NCBI GenBank assembly: GCA_040285855.1
Contig: JAUFOQ010000002.1
Location: forward strand, 2,232,001-2,296,000
DNA: 64,000 bases
Reading direction: 5' to 3'
Source of the DNA: Eukaryota sp. GEM-RC1
Lineage: Eukaryota
The notes under the pieces were generated by a model. The model was given only the letters and a program-made list of their open reading frames with translations, searched no databases and was not told the origin of the DNA. Positions 47,080 to 59,470 of this stretch are shown here, one piece after another (positions within the stretch are counted from its first letter, which is position 1; each line of letters opens with the position of its first letter). The position numbers and the translations under genes were made by a program.

Positions 47080-48279
47080 CTACAACACAACACAACCCAC
47101 ATCGTCTTGTGCGCTAATGTGATTGACAACAGAAGTTGTTCCTTTTCCAAAACATCCTTCTGTTTCACGTCCCCAGGCAATTGCCTTTTCAGAGGACCCA
47201 GACTCTTGTATACCAAGGCAATGTCTTGCATTACAACTAATAGAGGACAGACCGGAAATCCCTGGTGACATTATAGAAGTTGAGGTGGTAGTGGAACCAA
47301 GAACACCAAAATAGTTACTTCCTCCACCACGAACAACTCCATCAGCACGCAGTATTAAGACAGCAGATCTTGCTGTTTCGATCGCAAGAGGACGAGAGCC
47401 AAAGTTTACTCTGGATACTGCTATATTGGAATGTTCTAGATCTCCGGAGAGCAATTGTCCTAATCCATTCGCTCCCCACGAAAAAAGGCGATAACCGTCG
47501 GAATGCTTTTGGAGGGCAATACTAAATGAAGCTCCAGCGGCAATATCAACAACATTACCAAGATTATTTGTTCCCCAAAAGGTTCCCGGGGTTTGAACTG
47601 TTTTCCAGCTTGTTGTGGATGAAAATGAGCCATCGCCCAGTTGTCCCAAGTTATTGGATCCTCTAGATCTTACGGTCCCATCAGATCTCAAGACAAGCAA
47701 ATGATTGCTTCCTATAGAGACTTTTGAGACCCCACTGGAGTATGTGTAGTGGATAGGGTCGATCACGTCTACATCAATTGATTGTAGTTGAAAACTGAGA
47801 TTGCTCCCCCAAACACACACGTAACGGTTACCTCCAATGGCTGCAGATGAGTGGGTTCCGGCAAACACATCCATGACTGGATCTCCTCCACAAGAAGACA
47901 TTATTCTGGTGAAGGAACTTTGATAGTGTGTTGTATATCCAAGACCTAATTGTCCAGCATAATTTGCTCCAACTCCTTGTACGTTGCCATTATTCATTAA
48001 CACAATGATGTGGTCGTTTCCACTGACAACAGACTTGACACCATTAAGAACAGCATGGGGAATAGTATGATTACCCGAATGGCCAAGGATTCCGTAGTCT
48101 AGAGTACCGAAGGTGAACAGATGACCAGAAGCAGTCAGTACAGCAGAAGCAGCAGAGGATGCCGCTACTTGAATGGTGGTATCAAATCTGTTATCTCGGA
48201 ATGATGCTGTGATTTCGGTATCACGATCATAGCCTAAAGCTCCAAGCTTTATCCACCAAGTAGTTCGTTGGGTACCCAT
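47080..48279 (-). CDS. RCC1/BLIP-II repeat domain (probably C-terminal part of one gene with 48361-49835)
   Basis: Repeated GxNxxGQLG and H/F-x-hydrophobic motifs (GANYAGQLG, GSNNLGQLG, WGANGLGQL). Confidence 0.85.
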   Translation of the reverse strand: MGTQRTTWWIKLGALGYDRDTEITASFRDNRFDTTIQVAASSAASAVLTASGHLFTFGTLDYGILGHSGNHTIPHAVLNGVKSVVSGNDHIIVLMNNGNVQGVGANYAGQLGLGYTTHYQSSFTRIMSSCGGDPVMDVFAGTHSSAAIGGNRYVCVWGSNLSFQLQSIDVDVIDPIHYTYSSGVSKVSIGSNHLLVLRSDGTVRSRGSNNLGQLGDGSFSSTTSWKTVQTPGTFWGTNNLGNVVDIAAGASFSIALQKHSDGYRLFSWGANGLGQLLSGDLEHSNIAVSRVNFGSRPLAIETARSAVLILRADGVVRGGGSNYFGVLGSTTTSTSIMSPGISGLSSISCNARHCLGIQESGSSEKAIAWGRETEGCFGKGTTSVVNHISAQDDVGCVVL

Positions 48280-48360
48280 AACGGTTAATTGATATTGAAG
48301 CCCAGGAAGAAGATGATCCTTTGCAGCAGTACCAAAACTGAAATAATTCCTTCACGTCTA

Positions 48361-49835
48361 CTATCGTACGACGTATAAGGAATGGGTCTTGAAAAGACAG
48401 TTGAAGTCGGCCGATTGAACAGCAGAATAGACTTCGTTAAGACTTGTTGTCAGTTCAGAACGTAATACAATATTCAAGCTTACCACTAGATCCGTTGAGT
48501 CTGAAGCAGATCCTTTTGTTAGGGATATCCTGTAACTTGTGCCTGATGAAAGGGTAGCAACTGCTATAGTATCCACTCCCTTACTTCGTTGTGTTAAACC
48601 CTGACTGATAATCAATCTCAGCGCCTCGTTGACTTCGGAATCACTGTTTGTTTCCACTACTAAATTGATATGGTCATTCAAGATAGCATTGAGAGCTTCC
48701 ATGGCTTCACTAACGGCAATCTCATTGAGATAACTGAATTCAAAGGAAAAGAGACCCCTGGCTGTAGCATAATCATAGGTCAAGGTCACTTCGAAGACGG
48801 AGTGGTCCTCTATGTGATGAGCAGAGACGGAGATCTTGGAAGCATCAGAGTGAGAACTATCATCCAAAAGAGCTGAAAAGTGAGCTTCAACCTTCTGTTC
48901 CATGGCTTCAACAGTATAGGAGTCCACATAGATCTTGAATTGAGGTGCATGATTGTCACTGAGAACTTTCAAGATGTCATCGACAACCGTCTGCATTCGA
49001 TATTCTAGAGACACGGCAACTTCATGTGATTCTTTTGCTCCTTGGTACTCAAGAGTAATCAGGTACCTATCATTTTGATTCACAAGTTTGACTTCAACAT
49101 GAACAGCAGGCAAGTTATGTTGTAAAAATTGTTCAACATCGTTCTTTGGATAGCCATCGCCATGTGCGATAATCGCTTGAAAGGATAGTGAATTCACCGA
49201 TGTTTGAACATATTCTTTCACAGCACTCTCCTTTTGACTCTTTGAGGAAACAGGTTCTTTTGAGGTTACTACAATCTCTCCAGTGGGATACGTAGCCTGA
49301 AGTTCGGTCTGTATGGTGGACGTAAAGGCAGTGTTAGAGAGGGACAATACATAGTATCTTGGTGATACCCAGGTTGAAAAGGACAAAAACCCTGTGGATT
49401 TGACGTGTACCCTCAGTGGCTCGGAGGGCTCATAGTACACTTGAACGTTAACGTCTAAGTCAGACACTATTCGCTTACAGTAAGCTTCACATGCATCAAA
49501 GATGTCCGTTTTTGAAAAGGAGTCCACGTGTGTGTTTCTAATTCCTTTTGAGAGTCTTTCAGAAGCTAGGGAAAGATCGCCACGAAGACTGAGGACAAGA
49601 GCCACGATGGCGATTGCGGTGATCAAACCAATGGAACCAAAGAGACAGTGTTTTAGACGGAACCTTCGCTTTCTGTAAATGGGTGGGTTGATATGGTGGT
49701 AGATTGGAGCAGTTGGTATCTAGGGTCAGTGAACAATTAACACATACATGTACTGGTGACATCCCAGGAACGGGTGCATTAGCACCAACAGTATGCGTAT
49801 ACAAATGCGATCCTTGTTGCGTAGTGGAATTCATT
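48361..49835 (-). CDS. Membrane-anchored protein, likely N-terminal part of the RCC1-repeat gene (frameshifted/intronic joins)
   Basis: Adjacent same-strand ORFs 49559-49924 and 48361-49626 with a TM segment at the junction. Only an 81-bp gap to the RCC1 ORF. Confidence 0.6.
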
Positions 49836-50821
49836 TTTTTATGCAGTATGAGCTCAAATTCTCCTTCCCAGAACATTTGCCAAAAACACGTGAGTGTTAA
49901 GACCTCCTTCATGACACATTTCATCTTTTGTAGCTTACTTCACACACGGTGTACTGGCATCTATTAGCCTAAACGCGGCGATTAAGAACTTGTCCGAACC
50001 AGAAGTGTTTTCACCACATTCTTTATCTATATCATGTAAGATCTTGAACGTTGTGATCGTTGTTGTTTAAACACATGTGTTCTCCTTCTTCCCAGTAGAT
50101 CATCTAAAATAGTAAATGGTGTACTGTTTGTACGATCTTAAACTTAAAATACCTTTAATGTTTCACATATATAGTTTCCCTTTTAAACACAAGTTGTCCA
50201 CAATACGAATTAAACTGTTTGCAAATCATTTACACAATACAAGAACCATGTTATTGTACCAAAATTCTCTCTTACAGCACAACCAAATTTGGAAACATGT
50301 AAGAACAAAATCCAAAGTTTCCCAAAGTCCCAATAAAAAATTTAGCGATAAGAATAAACTTGAAGAAAAAGTATGTACATGTAACATTGAAATTCGATAC
50401 AAAAAAGCAAACTCTGGTACAAACGTATCAATTGTGGAAAACAAATGCCAAAACTTAAGACAATAGCCAACCGAGATTATTACCAAATTGCAAATTTGTA
50501 GGTCCAGCATAATACAACAAGTACCCGAATAATTATGAATCTTTATTTTTTCAATTTGGATAATTGACAGTATTAAAATATACATCTTCTTGAGACAAAT
50601 CAAAAAATGCCACAATGGGCACCTGATCTAGAATTTGCAAACCGAGTGTCAAATCAAACTAATGTCAACATTTACTTCATCCCGTTCTGTTCAGCCTTGT
50701 TGTTAAACAGCCATTTTTCATATTCCAGTTTGAATCAAAATCATTAATATCGTCACATATCGTTGTCACATTTTTGAACTGGTTTTCGTATTTGTTGCAG
50801 CAACAAATACAATGATAAAAT

Positions 50822-52287
50822 TTATTCAACTATTTCAAGAACTTGGTCGGAATTACGCATAAAGAAATATGGATAATAATTCCCGTTATTTAATTTGGGA
50901 AGTGGGCCACTAAGATCAATTGAAGAGCTACTCAACGACTGAATTGTTAGAGTTTCATCGATTAAATTTGCTGTAATTTCGAGTTCTTCATCACGATTCC
51001 ACTGAGCTTTGTTTCCTGAAAGACCGCCAAAAACATGACCTCCACAACTGTGAAAGGTATGTGCTTTGGCATAACAACAAACATCACTACCAAACTTTGA
51101 TTCGTCAATGACTCCAACAACAATATGCTTATCATCTCCTTCAAACCTTAACTTCCACGTGTACACATTTCCTGGAAGAAGTGGCTCTTCACCCAAGATA
51201 TTTCTATACCAAGAGCCAGAAGCATCTACGGCAACTCTCTTTCCGGCCTTGCTGACTTGTAATTGAGCATTCTTTCTCACTTGTGAGAATCTAATCATGT
51301 TTGACGGTTGAACCTGCTTGCCTTTTGCGGCTTGCAGTACTTCATAATTATTCAAAACCTCAACAATTTCGCTAATTTTAGGTCGTAAAAGGGTTCAACG
51401 TTTAAACACCTCAATATCATCTCCTTCAAACTGCTTGGTGTTGATCTCCCAAAAGGCAGTGCTTTTCCCTCACGCTTAGCATCTACAATTGAAAAGGCAT
51501 CTTCTTCACCAAATGCAGTCTTGTTTTCAAATAGTTCATAAAGGCAAACTCCAAGGGAATAAATATCACACAAGGGAGAAAGAACTTTTTTGAATTGTTC
51601 TGGAGCTGCGTAGTTGTAGGTCATGGCAAAGTTGTGGTTGAGAGTTGTGGTGTTTAAATTTTTGGCTGTACCGAAATCTGCTACTCTGACATGGTCATCT
51701 ACAAGAAGGACGTTGGCTGGTTTGAGATCACCATGGATTACAGATTTAAAGTGGAGGAATTTCACCCCTTGGCACAACTCCAAGGCGTATCTTAAAGTTG
51801 TCAAGGAGAGAGTGTTTGGACAGGGAATACAGGAGGAAGCCTTTTCCATCACGATCCCAATAGTGTCTGAGAAGAAGGAGATTCCAAAGACACGTAGAAT
51901 GGACGGATGGTTTAAGTTGATCAGGAGGTTCAGCTCTCGTTGAAGACGGATCCTTCCTGGCTCCGTAAGAGACACCATTTTAACAGCAACAGGGAGGCCT
52001 GACCACTCAGCAGCGTAAACTACAGCGCATCCTCCAGTAGCAATCTTTTCTCCCAGTACGATCTGTTCTGAAGGAATATCGGGACAAAGGTCACCATCGC
52101 GCGCAGCTTGGACAAGATCTTGAAGAGCAAAATTGACCTTCTTCTCATCCAAACATTTGACAAAGCAGAGAGGGCATTTTGTCAAAAGCGCAGAACATTC
52201 TGCACAAGTTGTATGACCGGAGCTACAAATTAGTAGGGGAATACGTTCAGATAGGTTGAAAGGGTTACCGCACCCAAAACAATCCAT
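50822..52287 (-). CDS. RING finger + TKL-like Ser/Thr kinase + SPRY/B30.2-like domain (one homopolymer frameshift ~51390)
   Basis: CFGC..CSSGHTTCAEC..CPLC, VAVK, HGDLKPAN, DFG, APE. Restoring one T gives ..LRPKISEIVEVLNNY joining ORF 50822-51355. Confidence 0.85.
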
Positions 52288-52372
52288 AACTTGAGAAATG
52301 ACAAGGAAAATTTTAATTTTAAAGAAAGCCCATACATTTCCTTCACTTCCTGACACCATCACTTGACCTAAA

Positions 52373-52821
52373 ATGAGATTTCTCGTTCTAGTTTCCGCTC
52401 TAGTTATTATGTGCTCATGTTCGCCTTCTTATTCCTTCACAGTAAAGAACATGAATCAATCTTCCACACTTCGCTTAGGTAGTCATAGCGTGACAGGTTT
52501 GGTGTAGTAGTTCCTCATTATAGGTCGATGGAAAACAGTTCCTTCTCATTTCATAGGACCAAGATCCCATGCCGACGTCCGCTTTGATGGAAACTTAGCC
52601 CGAGTGAATTACATCGAGAAAGGTATCAACGTCCATTGTAGCTCACTCTAGGTTTCTTCCGTGACAAGTCGATTACAATGAAAGTAGGATATGCTGATTC
52701 CACCACGAACTACTGTTCTACAGGTACATTTATTAACAACATGTGCTACTCTTGCTCACTGTGTGACTCTGTTGATGCAGCTGGCACCCACGTTTTTTTC
52801 AGTATCAATACTTGGTTCTAA
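52373..52821 (+). CDS. Small secreted protein (130 aa), three exons; not in ORF track
   Basis: Signal peptide MRFLVLVSALVIMCSC. Introns 52497-52523 (27 nt) and 52623-52651 (29 nt), both GT..TAG, give a 393-nt ATG-to-TAA ORF. Confidence 0.75.
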
Positions 52822-53401
52822 TCATACTGTGTAATTCTTCACAGCGTTTGCTTAATAAAGATCAAACATCGAACCCAATACATTTCACTTCTAAAGGGAG
52901 TCTTGTAATAATAAGATAATTAACTCCTACCTTTTTAAAGAAACGATGTTCCAGTGATTAAATGATGACGTGATTGATTTGCAGAATAGTTCACGTTATG
53001 CACTTCTAACATTGTGGGTTCAACACAACAACAAAGATAACTAACATTGGACACAACAACAAACAAATATATGAACTTTCATGTGCACATTAAGAAAAAG
53101 AAAAAAGTATTCATTTCATTAGTATTTAAAATTAGTCTCACTTAGTCTAAAGTGTTGTAACATACAAGATACTACACATACAATTTGAATTGTTCTTGAC
53201 AAAACCCAATTCAATTAGTTTAAGTTTCTATTTCTTTTTTGGTTCTGTGACTTCTGTCATAATTTGCTTAGGTGAAAACCCGAAAACCGCCATTAATTAG
53301 CAAATTACGGAGAACAAACTCACCTTAATTTGGTATGTGCAAATTCTCGTCAGGTTATAACTTAAAGAAAATTGTGTTTCTAAATCAAAATTTAAAAACC
53401 C

Positions 53402-54091
53402 CTACTGATTCCATTTCTTCAATAATGACTGAAAGTTCTGTATTAAATCTACATCAGGCAGACCCTCTAAATGTCTTAGTAAACAAGAAACAAAGAACTG
53501 TTGAAACTGAAGAGGCATCCGAAAGATGCAAGAATGTAGTTGATGACAGACCAATCTAAGCAAGAAACCATGGTTAGAGAGCGAAGGAAGGAGTTGGACG
53601 AAAGTAGAAACACCATGCTCAACTAGAGTAATCGGTCTGTGAGTTAAAGTTAGCTGATTAGAAGTAAGAAGGAGGATACTGAACAAGAGATGAAAGCAGC
53701 AGAGCAAAGTAATGGTGTGCATTGACAGTTTGGAGGATTGGGAAAGCTCACTCAGAGATTTTCCTAGGGTTGTGATACAATTTCGCATTAACACTTCAAG
53801 TTGTGTGGTTAACAGAGAGGTATCGTGATAGTTTAGATGTTGAATCAGAACAGAAATGAAAACATTGGCACAACATATTTGAGCTGGATTAGATGAAGAG
53901 AGGAACGAGGAGATTTTGTTGATCGTAGTGGCAACCTCAATACTAGAAGGGTCTATGGACTCTGCAGATTGACGGAGATTGGCAAAATAGCCCAAAACAG
54001 ATCGTGAATCAAGAACAACATCACTAGAATATGACGGCAAAGAAGCAGAAAAAGACAGTAGGTCTTCAAGGGAGATTTGGGGAAGAATCAT
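53402..54091 (-). CDS. Hypothetical helical protein
   Basis: ~230-aa Leu/Ser-rich ORF divergent from the ATPase gene. Confidence 0.65.
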   Translation of the reverse strand: MILPQISLEDLLSFSASLPSYSSDVVLDSRSVLGYFANLRQSAESIDPSSIEVATTINKISSFLSSSNPAQICCANVFISVLIQHLNYHDTSLLTTQLEVLMRNCITTLGKSLSELSQSSKLSMHTITLLCCFHLLFSILLLTSNQLTLTHRPITLVEHGVSTFVQLLPSLSNHGFLLRLVCHQLHSCIFRMPLQFQQFFVSCLLRHLEGLPDVDLIQNFQSLLKKWNQ

Positions 54092-54161
54092 TGAGGTTTG
54101 GAATTTTTGATCAATCACCTTCTACAAACAACTGTTGTAGTTCTACTACTAAGAGTCTTCC

Positions 54162-56657
54162 ATGCACTTTAACATTGTGCAGGCAGCCACTGTTACTCAA
54201 GCTTTAGGCCATGTACTCACTCCACTTCTTGGTGATGATGGATTTGAAATCAATGATGATATGAGTATAGATGTTCATTGTAAGATAGATCCCACAATCC
54301 TCAACGAAGCCATCAAGTCTTGTGGTTTCGAGTTGGTCCTCGAGGACCCTCCTCAATTCATCTCCTTTTACAAGAAGTTCATCAAATATCTTCCAGCACT
54401 ATCAATGCTGATGTTTGTTGTCACATTTGTAGTAGATACACAGCTTCGCTCCCTCACTGAGGCCATTGAACTGTCTAAAGAAGCCTCTATTGTTCTCCGC
54501 ATCCTGTACTCCACTTCCTGCCTTCTATCTACAATAGCACAAGGCCATCCACTACTTCACTCCATCACAACTTGCACTTTGGATCTTCACTATCTTGTGT
54601 CAGTCGCTGTTGTAGGTGGACTCATACTCCAGGAGTTCTTTGATGCTTCCCTTACTTCTCTCATATTCGTTTTTGCCACTAGAATAGAGGAAAGTACCAT
54701 AATCAAAACCAAGAACGCTGTTGCTGATCTCATCTCTCTCATCCCCACCAAGGCTCTCGTTGTTGGTGAACTTAAACCTCTTCCTCGAATCTACAAATCT
54801 AGAAGAAAGTCCTCAGTCTATGATGACGTTCCCACACTACAGAAATCATATTCATCATTTGAACTAACACGAAGCCCAGGAATGAAAGAAAACGTTCTCT
54901 CTACAATGACACTTCCTTCAAAACCAAAACCCACCATGAAGAGACAGAACGTCTCCAAATATTTTAGTTCTCTTGATGTTATACCAGAGGAGGATTACAT
55001 AGTAAAAACTTCAGATCTTCCTGAACATACGGCATTAGAAGATAATATTCCCATTACTGTACCTTCAGCCTGTTTATCCGTTGGAACAATTGTGTTAGTT
55101 AGAAAAGATGGTGTGATACCAGTCGATGGAGTTGTCGTTGATGGAGAGTCTACAGTTGATGAGTCGATTTTGTCTGGTGATAAGACACCAATCAAAAAGA
55201 GATTGGGAGGCGACGTGTTCGCTGGTACTAAGAATCTCACTCGTCCTCTTAAGATTAGAGTTTCTGCTCTTTCCTCTGAATCAGTCTTAAGTAACGTCAT
55301 CCACTCAGTGGTCGAGAGTAGTGAGAGGAGATCACGGAGAGCTGCGTGGATTAAGCAGTTTGCAAAGACTTATACGCCGATAGTATTCGTGTTGGGGCTT
55401 TTAGTAGCGATAATTCCACCATTCACATTTAGATTTTTTAATATTTCAATTCTAGACCTCTCACTAGAAGAATCATTCCTTAGAATGCTTTTAATTCTCG
55501 TAGCTGGTTGTCCTTATTCCCTAGTCCTCTCCTACCCCATTGCTCTCTTCTCCGCCTCTTCCCTCTGTTCAAAGAATGGTCTCGTGATTAACTCAGGGTC
55601 AGCTCTAGAGAGTGCAGCTTCAACCAAGGTCTGCGTGTTTGACAAGAATGGATCACTTACCTGCCCTCATGCTGAGATTGAACACGTGGTTGCGTTTGAT
55701 GACGTGATCAAGGGTGGTATTTTGACCCCTGATGACGTGTTGCTGTTGGCGGGCAGTCTTGAAGGTAGTTGTTCTCATAAGTTTTCAGTTGCTATTACTA
55801 AAGAAGCAATGAAAAGGAATAAGCGACTGTTAGATCTGGGGACGGAGCTCGACGAGTCTCTTGGTTGCGAAGGAATTTTAGAATTAGATTCGGATCATCC
55901 AAAATTTGAATTATTTAAAGAATTTAATGGGAAGGTTATTTGGTCGGGGTCTTTACCTTATAGTAAGATTAGAGTTGATCAAGAGTCTCATAATTATAAG
56001 ATTTTGACCACAATTGCACGTGATTTTGGTCGTGATGAGATTTCTCCGATTGCTGTGGGGGTCGACAATCAAGTAATTGGAGTGATTGGTATCTTGGATA
56101 AGATTAGGCAGGACTCATACCAATCAGTACGCCAACTGATTGCTTTGAAGTTGGAAGTTGCTGTTATTTCTGCTGATGTTGAAAGTGATGTTCAACGAGT
56201 TGCAAATATTTTAAAAATTCCTCATTATTTTGGAGAATTAACAATGGAAGAGAAAGTTTCTCAACTAAAGTCTCTTCAGGAACGATATGGTGTGACCTTA
56301 GCCATCGGTGATGCTTTTCATGATTCCAAACTACTGGCCCATGCTGACGTCAGCATTGCCTTATCAAGTGGATCAAAATTCGCTGAAGCAAGTGCTGATG
56401 GTATTCTGTTTAGTAATAAGCTTCAGACTTTACCATGGTTTGTTTCTCTTGCTCGAAGGACAGTCAATATTATACGATTCAATGTATTTGGGTCAATAAC
56501 ATTTAAAGTTTTAAAATTGATACTAATTACTTCAAAAGGAGGAACCTTGACTGAAGTCTTGGTTTTTGATATTATAGCTAGTTTAGTTGTTGTTTTGAAT
56601 TCACTACGGATATCGACATTCAAAGGTCCTGATTTTACAGATAAATGTTGTGTGTGA
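54162..56657 (+). CDS. P1B-type heavy-metal ATPase-like protein with degenerate catalytic motifs
   Basis: IPVDGVVVDGESTVDESILSGD, VFAGT, GCPYSL, FDKNGSLT, DKIR, IGDAFHD. Confidence 0.85.
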   Translation: MHFNIVQAATVTQALGHVLTPLLGDDGFEINDDMSIDVHCKIDPTILNEAIKSCGFELVLEDPPQFISFYKKFIKYLPALSMLMFVVTFVVDTQLRSLTEAIELSKEASIVLRILYSTSCLLSTIAQGHPLLHSITTCTLDLHYLVSVAVVGGLILQEFFDASLTSLIFVFATRIEESTIIKTKNAVADLISLIPTKALVVGELKPLPRIYKSRRKSSVYDDVPTLQKSYSSFELTRSPGMKENVLSTMTLPSKPKPTMKRQNVSKYFSSLDVIPEEDYIVKTSDLPEHTALEDNIPITVPSACLSVGTIVLVRKDGVIPVDGVVVDGESTVDESILSGDKTPIKKRLGGDVFAGTKNLTRPLKIRVSALSSESVLSNVIHSVVESSERRSRRAAWIKQFAKTYTPIVFVLGLLVAIIPPFTFRFFNISILDLSLEESFLRMLLILVAGCPYSLVLSYPIALFSASSLCSKNGLVINSGSALESAASTKVCVFDKNGSLTCPHAEIEHVVAFDDVIKGGILTPDDVLLLAGSLEGSCSHKFSVAITKEAMKRNKRLLDLGTELDESLGCEGILELDSDHPKFELFKEFNGKVIWSGSLPYSKIRVDQESHNYKILTTIARDFGRDEISPIAVGVDNQVIGVIGILDKIRQDSYQSVRQLIALKLEVAVISADVESDVQRVANILKIPHYFGELTMEEKVSQLKSLQERYGVTLAIGDAFHDSKLLAHADVSIALSSGSKFAEASADGILFSNKLQTLPWFVSLARRTVNIIRFNVFGSITFKVLKLILITSKGGTLTEVLVFDIIASLVVVLNSLRISTFKGPDFTDKCCV

Positions 56658-57260
56658 TGATGTGTTCCAGATTCAATCTAGTCCTTCTATGATTGGGTTG
56701 TCTCTCACGAGTTTTTGGGTTCAGTGCCCTTTTAACTAATAAAATCTACTCAGCAAGTCTCCAAACGGTCATAATCACACATCATATACCTTACAAAATC
56801 AACTAGAACGGTTTTCAATCACATACAGTGTAACTCATTGTTTTCCAGTAAACAAACCTTTCAACAATAGAATAGCCTGACTGTTAACCTTGGGTAATGT
56901 TCACGTTGATTATTAATAAGCCATTATTGGCATGTGCTTAAATTAGTTCCGATCGATTGTTCAAAAATAGTAAATCATTTTTGTTGCATCGACTTTATCT
57001 CGTCACGTACTTCCTAATCAAAAAACTTGGTGTCTTCTACATATGAAGGAGAAAAGTTGGCGGTATACCATTTACTAGTATCTGTTTGATGAACAAAAGT
57101 AAAATTGTGGAAAATTGAGGTACAATTGTCATCTTAAAAACTAGATTTTAGTAACAACGTCGTTCAATCAAGGACAAAGATAAATGTTGCAAACATAGTT
57201 TCCAGTTGACAACAGAACATAGAATACCCCACGAAACATTGTTTCGAATAATTTAAATAT

Positions 57261-58983
57261 TTACAAATCCAACAAGTCTTCTGTATGTCGATAGAATTCT
57301 TCCTTTTCTTTAAGTATTTCCTCAAGTTCCGACACTTTGGCTTCTAACTGTTTAATAACAGAGTTCTTTCCTTCTATTGTTTGTTTAGCCATAGCTTCTA
57401 ATTTGGAAAGTTGTTCATCGGCAGCAGTTTTTAACTGTTGCTTGAGAGTGGAAAGTTCGGTCTCGTGACTGGCAATCAGGTTATTGATCTCTTCTTCTTT
57501 GATTGTGAGCTGATGTTGCAGGTTTTCAAATTGTTCTTGATTGTGACTGAATTTGGAAGCTAGCCTGACTTCTAATGACTTCTTTTCATTAGAAATCTCC
57601 TCAATTCTAGCTTCTAATTCCTCTTTTCACTGTTAAAATCAGTAATTTTTTGTTCCAAAACTTTAGAGTGTTCCGAAATCTCCCCTTCAAGTCTTGATTT
57701 CTCCTCCACAATCAGCTCATATTTTGACCTCCAATCACTCCTTTCCTTGGCAATCTGATCTCTTTTCGACTCATTCTCCTTCTTCAGTTGTTCCTCTTTA
57801 ATTCTATACTGTTCTGCTAATTCCCTTTCAATCTCTAAATTCTCCTTTTCCAACTCCCCAACTAAGTCTTCAAGTTTCTCTTCTACTTGTTTGGTTACGA
57901 GCTCCTTGACTTCCTTGTCTTTCTCTTCAATCAAGAGTAGACGTTCTTGAGCAACTTTAGTATTAACTTTAGAGTCTAAGTCGAGTCTCCAATCTTGGTT
58001 CAATTTTAAAATTTCATTTGTTTTAGTTTCGAGTTCAGACTCCAAATTTTCAATTTTTGCATCAATTTAGATTCTTTTTGAACAAATGCTGCTCTTTCAG
58101 TTTCAAATCGTTTAAACTGTTCATTTTCTTCATTTGTCCAAGTAAGTCTGTTTTCAGCGAGAATTCTCGTGACTTCTTCTCTATGACGTCTCCTAAGCTC
58201 ATTAATCTCGTCATCATGACGATCTTGTAAAGTAGAAATCTTATGTCTAGACAACTCTCTTTCCCTTTCCAATGCAGCAAGTCGTTCATCAGTCAAACTC
58301 TTTCTGATCTCTTCTACCTCCGATGCCAGTCGTTGATTGAACTGTGATTTCACCCCTGCAACTTCCCTCTCATACTCCTCCTTTAATCGTCTCTCACTAT
58401 CTTTGTGATTAGATATGAGCCTCGCAAGTTCGGGCTCAATTCCTTTCACAGTAGATTCTCTTACCTCTTGAATCTTTTTCTGCATAATTTTATCACATCG
58501 ATGACGTTCGTGAGTTCGAGCTGCAAGTGCGGCTCTTTCAGACTCCTTCTTAGAATGCTCAGTGGCGATTGAAAGTTTCTTTTTCATATCATGTTTAAGT
58601 TGTTCTATTGAAGTAAGAGCAGATTCTAAGTCTTTTGATAAACGTTCTTTCTCTTCGAGTACTGTTGATATCTTTTTTAGATAGGATTCCAGTTTGGATT
58701 TTTCATGGGATATTTTGGATTCATATTGGTCTTTTTGACCTGATAGCATCCCTTCAAGAGCCATGACTTTCTGTTGTAACCGAGAAACTTCATTCTCAGC
58801 AGTAAGAGAACGTTCTTTGAGAATCTCTATTCGACGACGGGCTCTTTCTATTATATCTTTGTGATTGTGAGGAGTAGGAGTTGAGTATTCGAAAGTACGA
58901 GATGCAGAGAGAGAAACGGTTGAAGCATTATCAGAAAGGAAGTTTGCGAAAGAAGACGCTCTCTTGTCAAAGTCATCGGTCAT
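57261..58983 (-). CDS. CEP131/AZI1-like centriolar coiled-coil protein (two homopolymer frameshifts)
   Basis: VRESTVKGIEPELARLISNHK resembles the conserved CEP131 motif. Three abutting coiled-coil frames end ..TEDLLDL*. Confidence 0.65.
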
Positions 58984-59059
58984 TAAATGATGGTAGTTGG
59001 TTTATGAGATGGAGATTGGTGGAAGTACAGCACAAAAATTTGGTACAGCAGTGTTTAAC

Positions 59060-59470
59060 ATGCAAGTTCTTGAGTCTATTACTGGTATTGTCACTCCTTT
59101 TGAAATTGTCCGACACATACAACGTCACAGAGATGTCAGAAATCGCTCCATGAAGAGTACACTATCAGAACCTCTCTCAGTTGTTCATGTTGAAGAACAA
59201 CTGGCAGATTATCTTGCTTACTACTTCTACTTAGAAGAGGATAACATCAAAAGCGTTATTCAACAGCTTCAACAAATGACTTTATCCCGGTTTGAAATCG
59301 CCAACATACTATGTGAGCTTCCTACTTCCGTTCCTCATGCTATGCGTATCATTGAGGAGTGTGAAGAGAGATATACTACTGCTGACGTTGAACAAATACT
59401 CTCTGTCTTGGAACATGATGTTTTCAGGCCTTTGTTTGCAAAACTACAAGCCAACGAGGGATCTTCTTGA
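59060..59470 (+). CDS. RNA polymerase III subunit RPC9/C17 (Rpb4 family)-like
   Basis: MQVL..VTPFEI N-terminus, then LSRFEIANI..LPTS..IIEECEERY..VEQIL. Confidence 0.7.
   Translation: MQVLESITGIVTPFEIVRHIQRHRDVRNRSMKSTLSEPLSVVHVEEQLADYLAYYFYLEEDNIKSVIQQLQQMTLSRFEIANILCELPTSVPHAMRIIEECEERYTTADVEQILSVLEHDVFRPLFAKLQANEGSS

Noticed and set aside
58470..58481. 12-nt match to the copy 1 putative guide inside the CEP131-like gene
   Set aside because: Short, A/T-rich and missing the first two guide positions, so plausible by chance.
57261..58983. Frameshifted host genes (CEP131-like, kinase, PDE) as pseudogenes or programmed frameshifts
   Set aside because: The breaks examined fall in homopolymer runs with otherwise intact coding, typical of long-read consensus error.
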